DNA from: Vicinamibacterales bacterium | GTDB lineage: Bacteria; Acidobacteriota; Vicinamibacteria; Vicinamibacterales; JAMQPK01 | Direction of reading: 5' to 3' | Length of the DNA: 64,000 nucleotides | Assembly: GCA_963746535.1 (NCBI GenBank) | Contig: CAVVBP010000010.1 | Location: 899,209 to 963,208 of the forward strand | Translations under genes and position numbers: made by a program | In this document: one piece after another, positions 20,612-30,671 of the stretch | How the letters are laid out: each line of letters opens with the position of its first letter | Position numbering within the stretch: position 1 is the stretch's first letter | The notes under the pieces: generated by a model | The model's database searches: none | The model's input: only the letters and a program-made list of their open reading frames with translations | Told to the model about the DNA's origin: nothing

Positions 20612-21118
20612 TCAAAACGCGAGTTCAATCCAGATATCTGTCGCACCGGTCTTCCCGCTCTCGCCTGAAATCCCTTTTCCGGAAAGGACGCCGCCATTGC
20701 GTTCGATGATCCTGGCGGAACCGACATTATCGTCGTCACAGGTAATTCGAGCCCGGCTGATGCCCTGTTCACGAAGCACGGGCAGGGCGAGCCGCAGCAA
20801 CTCTGTTCCGTAACCACGGCGTCGCATCGTCGGTCGAACGTCGTATCCGACGTGGCCACCCTCCTGTTCCAATGCCGGCGTGAGCCGATATCGAAGCCGG
20901 ATGCAGGCGACGATCCTGCCGGAATCCTCGAGCCACAACTCGGTGCCGGGAACCCTGCCTTCGGGCTGAGCGTCGAGCCTCCCATCTGCGATCTTGCGAA
21001 GGTAGGCAGGAAAATCGTTCAAGGCCAGGACGTAGCGCATGTCCCCCGACGCGCGGCACTCCGCCGCCATCTCGAGAAATGCCGCTTGCCATTCTTCCGA
21101 TGGTTCAACCAGTCTCAC
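20612..21118 (-). CDS. GNAT family N-acetyltransferase
   Basis: ORF 20612..21184 with [22 protein letters not shown] (acetyl-CoA-binding-type motif). The likely start is GTG 21118, just after the lpxB end. Confidence 0.7.
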   Translation of the reverse strand: MRLVEPSEEWQAAFLEMAAECRASGDMRYVLALNDFPAYLRKIADGRLDAQPEGRVPGTELWLEDSGRIVACIRLRYRLTPALEQEGGHVGYDVRPTMRRRGYGTELLRLALPVLREQGISRARITCDDDNVGSARIIERNGGVLSGKGISGESGKTGATDIWIELAF

Positions 21119-22254
21119 GCTCGCGGACTCCCGCCACTTCCAACACCGCCTCCGCCGCCCGCCCGCTCGCTCCCGGGCTTCCAAGCTTCGCGCGCACCTC
21201 GCCGAGCGCGCGGCGCGCTTCGTCGGCGCGCTGTGGATTGGTGAGAAATGCGATCGTCTCGGCGGCGATGCTCTCCGCCGTGCACTCGTCCTGGATCAGC
21301 TCGGGCACGATGCGCCGGCCGGCGATCAGGTTCACCATCGCCACGTTGTCGACCAGCAGAAATCGGCGGCCGAGCTTGTAGGTCAGCGGTGACAGCCGGT
21401 AGATCACCACCATCGGACGTCCATGAAGCGCCGCCTGGACCGTTGCCGTGCCCGAGGCGGTCACCGCCACGTCAGACACGGCCAGCACATCGTCGGTTCG
21501 TGCGAGCACCTCGATGGGCGGGGTGCCGTTCCATTTCGTATCCGAGAACAGCCGGTCGTCGAGCGCAGGCGCACGCGCGATGACGAACTGCGACTCTGGC
21601 AGCCGGCGTCGTGATGCGGGTCACCGCATCGCGCATCACCGGCAGCAGCCGTTCGACTTCGTTCGGCCGGCTGCCCGGCAACAGCGCCACGATCGGCCGC
21701 GCCGGGTCGAGCCCGAGCTCGTGCAGAAACCGATCCTTGGGCTCCTGCGCGCGCGCGAGATCGACGAGCGGATGGCCGACAAACTGCACCGGCACGCCGG
21801 CGTTGCGATAGATTTGCTCCTCGAACGGAAAGATCACCAGCACGCGATCGACGAGACGCTTCATCAACCGCATCCGGCTCCTGCGCCAGGCCCAGAGCTG
21901 CGGGCTGATGTAATAGACGATCGGGATACCGAGCTTCTTGACGGCCGACGCGAGCCGGAAATTGAAGTCGGGGAAATCGATGACAACCAGCGCGTCCGGT
22001 TTTTCGCTTCGGGCCGCATCGACGAGCCGGTTCAGCACGGCAAGCGACCTGGGTACCACCCGGAGCGCCTCGACGAGGCCGGTCACGCTGAGCCCGCGAT
22101 AGTCCGCCAGCAGCTCTCCGCCTCCGGCCATCAGGCGCTGGCCGCCAAGGCCGAAAATGGCGGCGTCGGGCTGCCGCCGCCGAATTTCAACTGCGAGGGC
22201 GCCGGCGTATAAGTCGCCGGACGGCTCCCCGCAGGAAATCATGATTTTGTTCAA
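21105..22254 (-). CDS. lpxB: Lipid-A-disaccharide synthase (one +1 frameshift near 21606 as assembled)
   Basis: ORF 21472..22254 (MISCGEPSGDLYAGAL..YYISPQLWAWR) plus ORF 21105..21509 (ASGTATVQAALHGRPMVVIYR). Removing one C restores the reading frame. Confidence 0.85.
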
Positions 22255-23711
22255 CGCTTCTTGAGATTGGCGGCGGTCAGATCGAGATCGCTGAGAGAGA
22301 TCAGCTCGTAGTTGTCGAAGCCCGCCTTGGGCAGCTGTTCCTTGAACTTCGCGGCGTCGCCGACCATGACGATCGACAGCCGATCGGGCTGGATGTAGGC
22401 GCGGGCGACCCGCAGCACGTCATCGGGGGTCACTGCGTTCGCGCGCTGCCGGTACGTGCGCAGCTCGTCGAGCGATAAATCGTAGAACACCGCGTTGACG
22501 ACCTGGCGCGCGATCGCCCCGGGCGTTTCGATCGTCAGCGGAAAGCTGCCCGTCATGTACGCCTGGGCGCCGGCCAGCTCGCCATCGCCGATGCGCTCGC
22601 GCTGAAGCCGGGTGAACTCGTCGACGATGACGCGCACGGCTTCGCCGCTGGCCTCGGTGCGCGTGTCGGTTTCCGCGGTGATGTCGCCCGCCAGCAGCAT
22701 CGGCGTGAGGTCGGCCGACGCCGAGTACGTGAGGCCGCGTTCGGAACGCAGCACGCGGAACAGGCGGTTGCTGCCCTCGCCCCCCAGGATGCGAATCGCC
22801 TGATCCATGCTCATGTAATCGGACGTCTTGCGGGGAATACCAAGCTGGCCCACCCGCACCGACGTTTGAACCGAATCGGGCTTGTCGACGACGATGACAC
22901 GCCGCGTCGGGCGAGGAGGATCGGTCAGCGTCGGCGTCTGCACGGCCTGGCGCTGCCAGTCGCCGAACACGCGCGACGCGCCGTTCATCGCTTCGTCGGC
23001 GGTGATATCGCCCACGATCGCGAGAATGCTGTTGTTCGGCGCGAAATACCTGCGGTGGAACTCGCGAAGATCGTCGCGCGTGATCTTGCTGATGGTGTCT
23101 GGCAACCCGGTATCGGGCACCCCGTACGGATGGAACCCGTAGATCAGCCGATTCAGCACCGCACGCGCGATGAAGTCGGGCGATTCGAGGCTGACGGCCA
23201 GATTCTCGATCGTCTGCCGGCGCTGGCGCTCGATTTCCTCGGGCGCGAACGCCGGCCGCCGAATGACATCGGCGAGCATGTCCATGCCCACGTCGAAGCT
23301 GTCCTTCATGACGAGCACGGTCGCCGACGTCACATCGCTGTCGGCGCCGGTTCCCAGTGCGCCACCGATCGAATCAATCGCGTCGGCGATTTCAAAGGCG
23401 CTGCGCGTCGCCGTTCCCTGGTTCAGCAGCGTGCCCATCAGCGCCGCCGTGCCGTTCTTTCCCGGCGGATCGTAGGCCGAGCCGGCGCGCACGATGAGGC
23501 GCATCGTGATCTCGGGCTGCTCGTGATGCATGACGATGATCACCTGCATCCCGTTGGGCAGCGCGCGCAGCTCGTATGGCGGGAAGCTGACGGGCCTGGA
23601 CGCGAGCGGCCGGGGCGGATTCTCGACGGGCCAGTTGACCGCCTGCGCGGCCACACCTGCAACGGCCGCCGCCGAGAGCACGATCGTCGAGGCCAGAAGC
23701 GCGCGGCGCAT
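22251..23711 (-). CDS. M16 family peptidase, non-catalytic partner (no HxxEH)
   Basis: ORF 22251..23711 with a signal peptide and M16 fold signatures, but GTAALMGTLLNQG in place of the zinc motif. Confidence 0.75.
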   Translation of the reverse strand: MRRALLASTIVLSAAAVAGVAAQAVNWPVENPPRPLASRPVSFPPYELRALPNGMQVIIVMHHEQPEITMRLIVRAGSAYDPPGKNGTAALMGTLLNQGTATRSAFEIADAIDSIGGALGTGADSDVTSATVLVMKDSFDVGMDMLADVIRRPAFAPEEIERQRRQTIENLAVSLESPDFIARAVLNRLIYGFHPYGVPDTGLPDTISKITRDDLREFHRRYFAPNNSILAIVGDITADEAMNGASRVFGDWQRQAVQTPTLTDPPRPTRRVIVVDKPDSVQTSVRVGQLGIPRKTSDYMSMDQAIRILGGEGSNRLFRVLRSERGLTYSASADLTPMLLAGDITAETDTRTEASGEAVRVIVDEFTRLQRERIGDGELAGAQAYMTGSFPLTIETPGAIARQVVNAVFYDLSLDELRTYRQRANAVTPDDVLRVARAYIQPDRLSIVMVGDAAKFKEQLPKAGFDNYELISLSDLDLTAANLKKR

Positions 23712-25066
23712 CAGCGGGCCCCTTTCGGCAGAATCTTCAGCACGAGGCGGCTCTCCGGCGTGAAGTAGGTCTTGGCGACGCGCTGAAGATCCGAGACCTT
23801 CATGTTCGTGAAAATCTCCACTTCGCCGTCCGCCGTCGTTATGTCGTCGTGGATGACGACGGCATGGGCCAGCTGGCTCGCCTTGCCGCGCACCGATTCG
23901 CGATCGACGATGTAATCGCGGAAAAACTGGTTCTTGGCGCGCTGCAGCTCGCGCTCGGAAATCGGCTGCGTGCGCAGCTTGTCGAACTCGGCGACCAGCG
24001 CCTTTTCGACCTCGTCGTGCGTGTGTCCCGGCGCCACCAGCGCGACTGCAAAGAACAGGTTCGGCTCTTCGATGATGTTCCCGCCGCCGAACGCCGACAG
24101 CGCGATTTGTTTTTCGTAGACCAGCGACTGATAGATGCGCGAGCTGTCACCATCCGACAGGATCTTCGACGTCAGGTGCAGCGGATACGAATCGGGGTTC
24201 CCGTCCCAGGTGATCGGATACGCCACGATGACGGCCGGCAGCGGCCAGCTCTCGTTGACGGTGATCCGGCGCTCGGCCTTGGTCGGCGCTTCACGTGGAT
24301 AGTCGCGCGGAATCACGCGATCGGACTTCGGCACGCGGCCGAAGTAGCGGGTCACCAGCTCTTTGGCCTGCGCCATGTCGAAGTCGCCCACGATCGCCAT
24401 GGTCGCGTTGTGCGGCACGTAGAACTGGCTGTGAAAATCGCGCACGTCTTCGACCGACGCCGCGTCGAGATCCTTCATGCTGCCGATGGTCGTGTGCTTG
24501 TACGGGCTCACCGTATAGAACTGGTCGTACAGGATCTCCGACAACCGGCCGAACGGCGGATTGTCGACGCGCAGGCGGCGCTCTTCCTTGACCACCTCGC
24601 GCTCGTTCTCGAACGTCGACTTGTCGATGCGAAGCGTCGCCATGCGATCCGCTTCCATCCACAGCACCAGCGGTAGGTACTGCGACGGCACCGTCTGCCA
24701 GAACACGGTCGCGTCGTCGTTGGTGTACGCGTTGCTCTGCCCGCCGATGCTCGCGAGCATCGACGCGTGCTCTTCAGGATCCACGTTCTTCGAGCCCTTG
24801 AACATCATGTGCTCGAACAGATGGGCGAACCCCGTGCGGCCGGGCTTCTCGTCCTTCGAGCCGACGTGATACCAGAGCTCGACGTGCACGATCGGCGTGG
24901 AATGGTCCGGCGACAACACGACCGTGAGGCCGTTGGGCAGCTTCATCATCTCGTACTTGAGATGCGGCGGGCGCACAGCGGCGGTGACCGGAGCGAGCGT
25001 CAAGACAACGCCAAACGCCACGGCAATCAGCAGTTTTCGGGGCATGTGTGACAGCATCATGGGCAA
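23711..25066 (-). CDS. M16 family zinc peptidase (active-type HxxEH)
   Basis: ORF 23711..25066 with GFAHLFEHMMFKGS and a signal/TM N-terminus. Confidence 0.8.
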   Translation of the reverse strand: MPMMLSHMPRKLLIAVAFGVVLTLAPVTAAVRPPHLKYEMMKLPNGLTVVLSPDHSTPIVHVELWYHVGSKDEKPGRTGFAHLFEHMMFKGSKNVDPEEHASMLASIGGQSNAYTNDDATVFWQTVPSQYLPLVLWMEADRMATLRIDKSTFENEREVVKEERRLRVDNPPFGRLSEILYDQFYTVSPYKHTTIGSMKDLDAASVEDVRDFHSQFYVPHNATMAIVGDFDMAQAKELVTRYFGRVPKSDRVIPRDYPREAPTKAERRITVNESWPLPAVIVAYPITWDGNPDSYPLHLTSKILSDGDSSRIYQSLVYEKQIALSAFGGGNIIEEPNLFFAVALVAPGHTHDEVEKALVAEFDKLRTQPISERELQRAKNQFFRDYIVDRESVRGKASQLAHAVVIHDDITTADGEVEIFTNMKVSDLQRVAKTYFTPESRLVLKILPKGAR

Positions 25067-25081
25067 CAGTACGTAGCCGGC

Positions 25082-26134
25082 TCAGCTCGATCCTGATCTT
25101 AACTTGGATTCCTCGAGCGCCGCCTCGAGCTCCAGGATTCTCTGTTCCAAATCCACGATCTTCTTCCGCAGCTCGGGCAGCTTCTTGAAGATGACCGACG
25201 ATTTCAGCCATTCCTTGTTGTCGATGGCCGGATAGCCAGATACAAATGTGCCGTCCGGTACCGAATTCGTAATTCCCGTCTGCCCCACGGCCGACACACC
25301 GTCGCCGATGGTGACGTGCCCCGCCACGCCCACCTGTCCCGCGAGGGTCACGTTGTCGCCGATCGACGTGCTGCCGGCAATGCCCACCTGGGCCGCCAGC
25401 AGCGTGTTGCGACCGACCTGCACGCCATGGCCAATCTGCACGAGGTTGTCGATCTTGGCACCGGCCTGGATGCGCGTCTCGCCGACCGCCGGACGATCGA
25501 TCGTCGCGTTCGCGCCAATCTCCACGTCGTCTTCGATGACGACGCCGGCCGCTTGCGGGATCTTCTGGTGGGTGCCGTCGGACCTTTTGACAAACCCGTA
25601 GCCATCACTGCCGATGACCGCACCGTTCTGAAGGATCACGCGGTTGCCGATGACGACACGCTCACGCACGGCGACGTGAGAATGGATGACGCAATCCTGG
25701 CCGACGACCGCACCGTCGCCAATGCACACGTTCGGATAGATCACGGTGCGATCGCCGATGCGAGCGCCGCGGCCGACCGACGAAAACGGGCCGATCGACA
25801 CGTCGCGCCCGATCGACGCGTCGGGCGCGACGAAGCTGAGCTCGTCGACGCCGGCCGCCGGATGTACGGGTTCAGCGAACACCGAGAGCGCGTTCGCAAA
25901 GACGAGGTAGGGATGCCTGGTGCGCAGCATCGCACACGGCGCGGGCGGCGCATCTTCGCCGATGATGACGGCCGACGCGCGCGTCCGCCGGAGTGCGGCC
26001 GCGTACTTGCGGTTGGCGAAAAACGTCAGGTCGCCCTCGCCCGCCTGCTCGAGCCCGGCCACGCGACGGATCTCCAGCCCTCCATCGCCTTCGAGCCGGC
26101 ACCCCAGCCGCTCCGCGAGCTCGCTCAGCCGCAT
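25082..26134 (-). CDS. lpxD: UDP-3-O-acylglucosamine N-acyltransferase
   Basis: ORF 25082..26134. N-terminal LpxD domain (LSELAERLG), hexapeptide repeats, and a C-terminal helical tail. Confidence 0.85.
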   Translation of the reverse strand: MRLSELAERLGCRLEGDGGLEIRRVAGLEQAGEGDLTFFANRKYAAALRRTRASAVIIGEDAPPAPCAMLRTRHPYLVFANALSVFAEPVHPAAGVDELSFVAPDASIGRDVSIGPFSSVGRGARIGDRTVIYPNVCIGDGAVVGQDCVIHSHVAVRERVVIGNRVILQNGAVIGSDGYGFVKRSDGTHQKIPQAAGVVIEDDVEIGANATIDRPAVGETRIQAGAKIDNLVQIGHGVQVGRNTLLAAQVGIAGSTSIGDNVTLAGQVGVAGHVTIGDGVSAVGQTGITNSVPDGTFVSGYPAIDNKEWLKSSVIFKKLPELRKKIVDLEQRILELEAALEESKLRSGSS

Positions 26135-26150
26135 GTGCGAAAGCAGAATA

Positions 26151-26843
26151 TCACGCGGCCTTCATCGAGGTTCGCTCGAAGAATTTCGCGAGATGCGGCA
26201 GACGCAGCGCAGACGCCACTTCGAGCACCTCGCGGTCGCGCTCGTGCGGCGCCAGCACGAGGACGCGGCGCAACCGCGAGATCTGCGGGCTGGGACAGGT
26301 TGCCCAGCGGATCTCGGTGAGGGCGTGCCTGGCCCCGCGCCGGGACAAATAGTGACCGACGAGCCGGAACCCGAAGTAGTAGGCAATCACGTTCGGGCCG
26401 GGCACGAAAAACAGCACGCCGGATACCACGAACAACAGCCCGTCGATGACGATCCATTTCATGTGGCGATCGGCCTCGCGCTGCAGCTCGGCGCGGGCAA
26501 GCGACGTGACATCGGCTGCCGACATGTCGTCGGGATAGTGCAGCATCAGCTCGGATTCGTTTCGCAGACGCCACAACAGCCGCTGCTCGGCAATCTTCTC
26601 GGCGATCCAGCACATGGCACGGTCCTTCAGGCGCTCTGACCAGGATCGTGGACCTTCGTCACGCCGCTCGCCGCTCAGGCGCTCTTCCTCCACCCGCGCC
26701 AGCGCCTCCCTGAAATTGGCGTACAGCGCGGCGAAGCGCCCCTTCGGCGCCTCTCCGGGCGGAATCGCAGCGTCGGCACCGGCTTCGTGCTCGCAATAGA
26801 GCTCGTACCGGTCGGCCGCGACCGGGATGAAATACACATCCAT
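26151..26843 (-). CDS. Hypothetical membrane protein
   Basis: ORF 26151..26942. The probable start MDVYFIPV at 26843 abuts the upstream stop. Hydrophobic hairpin [30 protein letters not shown]. Confidence 0.5.
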   Translation of the reverse strand: MDVYFIPVAADRYELYCEHEAGADAAIPPGEAPKGRFAALYANFREALARVEEERLSGERRDEGPRSWSERLKDRAMCWIAEKIAEQRLLWRLRNESELMLHYPDDMSAADVTSLARAELQREADRHMKWIVIDGLLFVVSGVLFFVPGPNVIAYYFGFRLVGHYLSRRGARHALTEIRWATCPSPQISRLRRVLVLAPHERDREVLEVASALRLPHLAKFFERTSMKAA

Positions 26844-27751
26844 CAAGGATTCGCCGGTGCCGCACCCTGGCCGTTCCGGCGCCGCTGCGGAGTCCGCGGT
26901 GGAGGGGTGGCCGAAAGTTGGGGCTTGCCCGCCTGTTCCCATGCACTCGTGATGACTGAGGCGACGGCCGTGATGGCGTCGTTCAATCGCTTCTCCAGAA
27001 CAGGACGAGTGCTGGTGAAGAAAGTTTCAAAATACCGATCGTCGTAGACGTCGCGATCGCCGATGGCCTTCTTATCGGCCGCCAGCACACCGGCTGCAAG
27101 CTGCGAGCTTTCGAGCAGCGTCTCGAAAATGAAGTCGCGCTCGTGCGTGATCGGCTTGAGCGCACCCGGCTTGATCGTCAGCTGCTTCTGATACCGGACG
27201 AACAGCTCGTCTTCCCACCGGTTGTGCAGGCCCGTCTGGCCGGTCAACTGGCCGTTGTAGTTGAGCACGGCATGCAGCGGCACGTGCGCATCGGCCACGT
27301 AGTGGCCGATGATGGCGGAAAAGAATCGGATGTCGCTGTAGGCGTACTGCCCGTTCTTGTGTACGGCCTCGAAGCCGCGAATCAGGCGCCCGGCAATCTC
27401 GTGCGTACGCCACGGCAGCAGGCCGTTCTCCCTGAGCTCGTCGATGCCGTATTTCTTAAGCGCTTCGTCATAGCCGCGCGGAAGGTCGTTGAACGGGTAC
27501 TTGCCGTAGGCATCGAAATCGAGGAAGTGATTCGGCGGCTCCTCGGCGAAGCCCGCGTTGCGCCAAAGATCGGGATCGATCGCGCGCTCGACGATGAACG
27601 CACGGTTCGCCTCGAAGAAGGGGCGCAGGGGCGCAGGCAGGATGTCGATGGCGCGCGCCACGATGAATTTGTGCGCGTCGAACCCCCACGCGCCGGCGTT
27701 CGACGGACACATCAGCAGGACCGTCAGCAGCCCGATACCGAACACACGCAT
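26843..27751 (-). CDS. S1/P1 nuclease-like or zinc phospholipase C-like secreted protein
   Basis: ORF 26843..27751. The signal peptide is followed by WGFDAHKF; HYVADAHVPLH is a metal-binding-type motif. Confidence 0.55.
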   Translation of the reverse strand: MRVFGIGLLTVLLMCPSNAGAWGFDAHKFIVARAIDILPAPLRPFFEANRAFIVERAIDPDLWRNAGFAEEPPNHFLDFDAYGKYPFNDLPRGYDEALKKYGIDELRENGLLPWRTHEIAGRLIRGFEAVHKNGQYAYSDIRFFSAIIGHYVADAHVPLHAVLNYNGQLTGQTGLHNRWEDELFVRYQKQLTIKPGALKPITHERDFIFETLLESSQLAAGVLAADKKAIGDRDVYDDRYFETFFTSTRPVLEKRLNDAITAVASVITSAWEQAGKPQLSATPPPRTPQRRRNGQGAAPANP

Positions 27752-27767
27752 ACCTTATTATCGCTGA

Positions 27768-28670
27768 ATGCCTCGTCTTGGCGCGCACATGTCGATCGCC
27801 GGTGGGCTCCCGAACGCCATCGCCCGCGCGGCGATCCACGGCTGCGAGACGCTGCAAATCTTCAGCAGGAACGCCAGCCAGTGGCGCGCCCGTCCGTTAC
27901 CGCGCGAAGAGGTCGCCGCATTCAGGCGAGCCGCCGGCGAGAGCGGGGTTTTTCCGATCGTCGCGCATGCCAGCTACCTTATCAATATCGCGACGGCCGC
28001 TCCGGCGCTGCGTGCGCAATCGATCGCGGCCCTGGGCGAAGAGGTGGATCGCGCCGAGGCGCTGGGCCTGCTGGGTGTCGTCCTGCATCCCGGGGCACGG
28101 TTGACCGCCTCGACCGATGAGGCCGTTGCACTCGTCTCGGCCGCGCTCGGCCAGGTGCTGAAGGAACGGCCGCGCGGCAAGACGATGATCCTCATCGAGC
28201 ACACGGCCGGCCAGGGCAGCGCGATGGGCGCGTCGTTCGAGGAAATCGCCGCGATGCTCGACGGCGTCAAGGGCGGCAAACGGCTCGGCGTCTGCCTGGA
28301 TACCTGCCACCTGCTCGCGTCGGGCTACGACCTGTGCTCGACGAAGGGTTACGAAGAGACCTTCGACGCCTTCGACCGGCTCATCGGATTCGAGCGCCTC
28401 AAGGTGTTTCACCTGAACGATTCGAAGAAACCGTGCATGAGCCGCGTCGATCGCCACGAGCACATCGGCAAGGGCTGCATCGGCCTGGAGCCGTTTCGAC
28501 GCCTGGTGAACGATCCGCGCTTCGCGCACCTGCCGATGCTTCTGGAGACGGAAAAGAGCGAGTGGCGGGAACGGGGGACGATGGGAATCGACCCCCTGGA
28601 CGAGATGAATCTGAATGTGTTGCGGGGCCTACGGTCAAAACAGAAGATCAGAAGGTCAGAAGAAGATTAG
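27768..28670 (+). CDS. nfo: Deoxyribonuclease IV (endonuclease IV)
   Basis: ORF 27768..28670 with LGAHMSIAGG, LVLHPG, ILIEHTAGQG and CLDTCHL. Confidence 0.85.
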   Translation: MPRLGAHMSIAGGLPNAIARAAIHGCETLQIFSRNASQWRARPLPREEVAAFRRAAGESGVFPIVAHASYLINIATAAPALRAQSIAALGEEVDRAEALGLLGVVLHPGARLTASTDEAVALVSAALGQVLKERPRGKTMILIEHTAGQGSAMGASFEEIAAMLDGVKGGKRLGVCLDTCHLLASGYDLCSTKGYEETFDAFDRLIGFERLKVFHLNDSKKPCMSRVDRHEHIGKGCIGLEPFRRLVNDPRFAHLPMLLETEKSEWRERGTMGIDPLDEMNLNVLRGLRSKQKIRRSEED

Positions 28671-28865
28671 TTTTGTTCAGGGGGAAGGCCAGGCGGTCTT
28701 CGTCGCGGAAGGCCGGCAGGATCTTGCCGCGAAGCTCGCCGAGCTCTTTCCCACCCATGCGCGCTTCAAGGCACTGAGCCAGGCCTGGACGGCAAAACCG
28801 TTCTGCCCAAACGGCCACTACGGCAGTCTGCAGTAGCCAGTTCTCAGTAGTTAGTAGATTCCCTT

Positions 28866-28930
28866 GGTAGGGCTCAGCTTCAGCTGAGCAAATGGCGCTG
28901 CCGGTGGCTCAACTAAAGTTGAGCCCTACC
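28866..28930. repeat. Nested palindromic element immediately 3' of the AMMECR1 gene
   Basis: GGTAGGGCTCA (28866-76) and TGAGCCCTACC (28920-30) are perfect 11-bp inverted repeats. Local hairpins GCTCAGC-ttca-GCTGAGC and GGCTCAAC-taaa-GTTGAGCC compete for the same bases. Confidence 0.7.
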
Positions 28931-29504
28931 AGCAGGTCTCAGATTCCCCAAACACCTCTGCTTCGAACTTATAGAGGCTTGCGCCCGTCCTCCAGGCGTT
29001 GCGGGGCAATCCAGCCTTGGCCGCCGTCTGCGACGCAAACTCGGCGGCGCTCCAATTCCGCACGCTGGCCACTTGCGGCAGCAGCAATCCACGACGGTGG
29101 CCCAGCTCGACGATCAACCCGTGGCGTCCGACCACGACCTCGCCGATCTCGCTCACCCGCTCGATCGGTCCGAGCACCGAGATCTCGATGTCCACCTCGT
29201 TCCATTCATCAAGGGCCAGCGCGGGAAATCTCGGATCTGAAATCGCCGCCGAGACAGCACACCGGTCGACGACATCGATCAACGGCACATCATCTTCGGG
29301 ATACCCGATACAGCCGCGAAGCTCTCCGTTGAGGTGGAGCGTCACAAAGGCTCCAGCCCGAAAGTCAGCGTTGGCCTTGTCCGCATTAGCGGCGCCAGCC
29401 GCGGAGGTGGATGCGTTAGGCTTGGGAGCGCCGATGGCGCGCGCGATCGCGGCACGCGCCATGCGCAGAAGGCTCTTCTTGGAATCCTCTGTCAGCGGCG
29501 TCAT
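28926..29504 (-). CDS. AMMECR1 domain protein (AmmeMemoRadiSam system protein A-like)
   Basis: ORF 28926..29504 with AFVTLHLNGELRGCIGY. Confidence 0.8.
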   Translation of the reverse strand: MTPLTEDSKKSLLRMARAAIARAIGAPKPNASTSAAGAANADKANADFRAGAFVTLHLNGELRGCIGYPEDDVPLIDVVDRCAVSAAISDPRFPALALDEWNEVDIEISVLGPIERVSEIGEVVVGRHGLIVELGHRRGLLLPQVASVRNWSAAEFASQTAAKAGLPRNAWRTGASLYKFEAEVFGESETCW

Positions 29505-30343
29505 CAGACAGCCTGCGCGACGAACGTGCCGAACGCCGCGGCCAGGTACCCCACGACCGCATCTTTGTCGCCGGAGACATCACCCGAATCGCCGTACCTG
29601 AGAACGCGCGCATCCCGGGCGCCGAGTTGTTTCGCGGCCTTCATGACCGACACGGTCGGCCCTCCCCCGCACGCATGCTGCGGAAACCCTTCGAGCAACG
29701 ACATCAGCCCGTTGGAATCGAATCGCTGCACCTGATGGATGACCATCTTGTCGAGCTTGGCCGCAACGGTGGCGCTTTGATAGTGAGACAGGTCGGTGCT
29801 GGCAATCAGCACGGCGTGGCGGCCCTTCACGGCCGCCGCGATGGCGTCGCCGAGCGCCTCGGCGGTCTGGCGAAGCTGATGTCCCATGACGAGCGGTACG
29901 ATCGCAATCTGTGGCAGCACGCGCTTGAGAAATGGCAACTGCATCTCGAGCGAGTGTTCGCGCACGTGCGCGGTCGGATGCGATTTGATGAGCGGCGAGC
30001 CCGCGGCGATCGCCGACGCCAGATCTTCGGCGATGGGGACCTTCCCGAACGGCGTCTCGAATGCGCCTTGCTCGTACACCGCAACGCCCTCGAAGCCGAC
30101 ATAGTGCGAAGGGCCAACGAGGATCGCCACCTCGAAATCTCTTCCCCGAAGCATGTTGTAGGCGTGCGCGGCGATAGGACCGGAGTACATGAGCCCGGCG
30201 TGTGGCGCGATGATGGCCAGCGGGTCGCCGACCGGCGGTTCATCGGCAGCCGCCAGGTACCCATCGACTTCGCGCGCGAGCGTATCGGGATCGGCCGGGT
30301 ACCACGTTCCCGCAACGGCGGCGCGCCGTAGGTGCTTCATCAA
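29504..30343 (-). CDS. MEMO1 family protein (AmmeMemoRadiSam system protein B-like)
   Basis: ORF 29504..30343 with RRAAVAGTWYPADP and IIAPHAGLMYSG. It shares one nt with the downstream AMMECR1 start. Confidence 0.8.
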   Translation of the reverse strand: MMKHLRRAAVAGTWYPADPDTLAREVDGYLAAADEPPVGDPLAIIAPHAGLMYSGPIAAHAYNMLRGRDFEVAILVGPSHYVGFEGVAVYEQGAFETPFGKVPIAEDLASAIAAGSPLIKSHPTAHVREHSLEMQLPFLKRVLPQIAIVPLVMGHQLRQTAEALGDAIAAAVKGRHAVLIASTDLSHYQSATVAAKLDKMVIHQVQRFDSNGLMSLLEGFPQHACGGGPTVSVMKAAKQLGARDARVLRYGDSGDVSGDKDAVVGYLAAAFGTFVAQAV

Positions 30344-30374
30344 ATCTGGAATCTACCGCATGGTAGCATTTGGC

Positions 30375-30671
30375 ATGCCCGAGCGGCTGACCCGCGCCGA
30401 TGTCGATCGCATTGCCACGCTCGCCCGTCTGGACCTGACCGACACCGAAAAAGATCTCTTCGTCCACCAGTTGTCGCACGTCCTCGAATACGCCGAGCAG
30501 ATCCAGCAGATCGACACGACCGGCGTGCCGCCGACCTCGCAGGTGCTGTCGCGCATGCCGGCCGACCGGCCCGACGAACCACGACCCGGCCTCACGAACG
30601 CGGAAGCGCTGGCCAACGCCCCCGATCCGTCGCCGCAAACCGGCCTCTTCCGCGTCCCCCGGGTGCTGTGA
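30375..30671 (+). CDS. gatC: Asp/Glu-tRNA amidotransferase subunit C
   Basis: In ORF 30189..30671 from MPERLTRADVDRIATLARLDLTDTEKD. Confidence 0.8.
   Translation: MPERLTRADVDRIATLARLDLTDTEKDLFVHQLSHVLEYAEQIQQIDTTGVPPTSQVLSRMPADRPDEPRPGLTNAEALANAPDPSPQTGLFRVPRVL

Noticed and set aside
20599-20985. A 129-aa N-terminal extension of the aconitase ORF (start at 20985)
   Set aside because: It overlaps the GNAT gene in another frame and has no aconitase similarity. The conserved aconitase N-terminus begins at MSSTNSF (ATG 20598).
28615-28836. 73-aa ORF (+), and a 56-aa ORF on the minus strand, in the nfo/AMMECR1 gap
   Set aside because: The plus ORF starts inside nfo and has no plausible start context. 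The minus ORF is below the track threshold. Neither shows a recognisable motif, so there is not enough support to call a gene.
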